Below the pieces are notes generated by a model. That model had not been told where the DNA came from and made no database searches. It saw nothing but the letters and a program-made list of their open reading frames with translations. 64,000 bases of DNA. Origin: Somniosus microcephalus (Eukaryota). Positions 61,411 to 64,000 of the stretch are shown piece by piece; within the stretch, counting starts at the first letter, position 1, and every line of letters starts with the position of its first letter. Both the position numbers and the translations under genes were made by a program. Where the stretch lies: NCBI GenBank assembly GCA_052327205.1, contig CM126207.1, forward strand, positions 248,806,001 through 248,870,000, read 5' to 3'.

Positions 61411-63362
61411 CCCTTACAGGCAAAGACAGGAGAAATTATAACGGGGAATGAAGAAATGGCAGAGACATTTCATCTGTCTTCACGGAAGAAGACACAAAAA
61501 ACATTCCGGAAATAGTGGGGAGCCAAGGGTCTAGTGAGAATGAGGAACTTAAAGAAATTATATTATTAGTAAATAATTAGTAGTGGAGAAATTAATGGGA
61601 CTAAAAGCCAAAGAAATCCCCTGGACCTGATGGCCTACATCCGAGGGTTTAAAAACAGGTAGCTACAGAGATAGTGGATGCATTGATTTTGATCGTCCAG
61701 AATTTCCTATATGCTAGAATGGTCCCCGTGGATTGGAAGGTAGCAAATTCAAGAAAGGAGGGAGAGAGAAAACAGGGAACTATAGACCAGTTAGCCTGAC
61801 AACAGTAGTAGGGAAAATGCTAGAATGTACTATTAGTGACGAGGTAGCAGGGCACTTAGAAAATCATGATATGATTGGGCAGAGTCAGTACAGATTTATG
61901 AAAAGGAAATCTTGTTTAACAAATCTGTTAGAGTTTTTTGAGGTTGTAACTAGCAGGGTAGTTAAGGAGGAACCAGTGGATGTAGTGTATTTGGATTTTC
62001 AAAAAGCATTCAATAAGGTGCCACACAAGAGGTTATGACACAAAATTAGGATCCATGGGATTAGGGGTAATATATTAGCATGGATTGAGGATTGGCTAAT
62101 GGACAGAAAACAGAGAGTAGGAATAAACGGGTCATTTTCGGGTTGGCAGGCTGTAACTAGTGGGGTACTGCAAGGATCAGTGCCTGGGCCTCAGCTATTC
62201 ACAATCTATATCAATGACTTAGATGAGGGGACCAAATGTAATGTATCCAAGTTTGCTGATGATATAAAGCTAGATGGGAAAGTAAGTTGTGAGGAGGATG
62301 CAAAGGGATATAGACAGGTTAAGCGAGTGGGCAAGAACATGGCAGATGGAATAAAATGTGGAGAAATGTAAAGTTATCCACTTTGGTAGGAAAACTAGAA
62401 AAGCACAATATTTATTAAATGTTGAGAGATTGGGAAATGTTGGTATTCAGAGGGACCTGAGTGTCCTTGTACACGAATCACTGAAAGTGAGTATGCAGGT
62501 ACAGGATGCAAATAGGAAAGCAAATGGTATGTTAGCCTTTATTTCAAGAGGGTTGGAGTATAAGAGTAAGGGGGTTGGAGTATAAGAGTAAAGAAGTCTT
62601 ACTGCAATTATATAGGGCCTTGGTAAGACCACACCTTGAGTACTGTGTACAGTTTTGGTCTCCTTACCTAAGGAAGGATATACTTGCCTTAGAGGCGGTG
62701 CAACAAAGGTTTACTAGACCGATTCCTGGGATGGGGGGATTGCTCTATTCCCTAGAGATTAGAAAAATGAGAGGTGATCGCATTGAAATGTATAAAATTC
62801 GTAAGGGGCTTGACAGGGTAGATGCTGGGAGGATGTTTCCCCTGGCTGGGGAGTCTAGAACTAGGTGTCCCAGTCTCAGAATAAGGGGTCGGCCATTTAG
62901 GACTGAGATGAGGGAAAATTTCTTCACTCAATAGGTTGTGAATCTTTGGAATTCTCTACCCTAGAGGGTTGTGGATGCTCAGTCGTTGAGTATATTCAAG
63001 ATAGAGATCGATAGATTTTTGGATACTAAGGGAACCAAGGGATATGGGGATAGTGCGGGAAGGTGGAGTTGAGGTTGAAGATCAGCCATGATCTTATTGA
63101 ATGGTCAGCCATGATCTTATTGAAGATCAGCCATGATCTTATTGAATGGTCAGCCATGATCTTATTGAAGATCAGCCATGATCTTATTGAAGATCAGCCA
63201 TGATCTTATTGAATGGTCAGCCATGATCTTATTGAAGATCAGCCATGATCTTATTGAAGATCAGCCATGATCTTATTGAATAGTCAGCCATGATCTTATT
63301 GAAGATCAGCCATGATCTTATTGAATGGCCTGCTCCGTTCCTATTTCTTATGTTCTTATGTT
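61411..63362 (+). mobile_element. 5'-truncated CR1 LINE (RT domain to 3' tail), about 270 bp upstream of the ZFHX3 acceptor
   Basis: Encodes [53 protein letters not shown] and HLEYCVQFWSP. The tail is TTCTTATGTTCTTATGTT. Confidence 0.95.
63077..63328. repeat. Minisatellite, 11 x 22/23 bp GAA(GA/TGG)TCAGCCATGATCTTATT, expanded from the CR1 3' UTR
   Basis: The unit occurs once in the other CR1 3' ends (20817-20842, 26625-26650). Confidence 0.95.
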
Positions 63363-63519
63363 AAAACAGCATACAGAGGAATGTCATATAAATGTGTTCA
63401 ATGGTCACCCATTAATGTTGCCAGTGATTTCTAAGCAAATAGGACTAAAATGATCACTAAAGAAAAGGTAAATATCTGTTTCATCAGCTCTCCAAAGATC
63501 AAGAGAAACTGAATATATC

Positions 63520-64000
63520 GGCTCGGATTTCGGGTGGGTAATGATGGTGAACTTTCAGCGTTCGCCATCATTACCCCTCTGAAACTGACCGTAACTTCAG
63601 GATTGAGCGCATGCGCACCTAAACGCAGAAAGTCTGAAGACGCTTTCAGTCATTCACTGCTCCGACACAGGCCGCGCTATGAACCCTCCTCCCTAAATAG
63701 CCGGCAATCAGTGAAGTCAGTAGAACTGACTATAACTTGAGCTTTTCCGCACTAATGTCATTGTTAACACCCCATTAAATGTTAAGCCTTATTGAAATAG
63801 GTGTAACTGGGGTTTTAATAGCATATTGACTGCTAAACAGCCATTCTGGTCCTGAAAAGCTTATTTTTATATTTGTGGATTGTAAAATTTCTCCGTTATG
63901 ATAAAAATTACAATTTCAAAAAAACATATTTCCTGGTTTGCTGTCTGTGAGAATTCTTCAGCATGATTGGCTGCTTAGACAGCTTGATGATGTCACTGCT
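63520..64000. mobile_element. Left part of a Harbinger-type MITE (continues beyond the window)
   Basis: Starts GGCTCGGATTTC (compare GGCCCGGATTTT at 51316) and has an inverted pair GGGTAATGATGG / CCATCATTACCC and GCGCATGCGC. A CpG-rich start leads into an AT-rich interior. Confidence 0.55.

Overview
This is vertebrate genomic DNA, most likely from a cartilaginous fish (inferred from the repeat families). The whole window lies inside a minus-strand ZFHX3 (ATBF1) gene. Two coding exons are present: the large start-codon exon (61144-58446, ATG at 61098) and the 497-nt next exon (44809-44313), which join in frame at canonical GT/AG sites. The rest is intron: more than 44 kb downstream, about 13.6 kb between the exons and about 2.9 kb upstream. 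The introns hold CR1 and L2-group LINE fragments, several tRNA-derived SINE families (Deu/SacSINE-like, LF-SINE-like) and many CpG-rich PIF/Harbinger-type MITEs with 3-bp target duplications, three of them nested in CR1 copies. They also hold a deleted Harbinger with a Myb/SANT remnant, two pogo/Tigger MITEs, a palindromic Penelope-type element with a decayed hammerhead core, three minisatellites and several candidate conserved non-coding elements. I see no convincing novel protein-coding system. The best leads are inverted CR1 copies bracketing the AUG exon (possible circRNA), a uORF cluster just before the start codon, family-specific subterminal motifs in the Harbinger MITEs, and two MITE insertions at nearly the same reverse-transcriptase position. 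Family names come from recalled consensus sequences, not from a database search.
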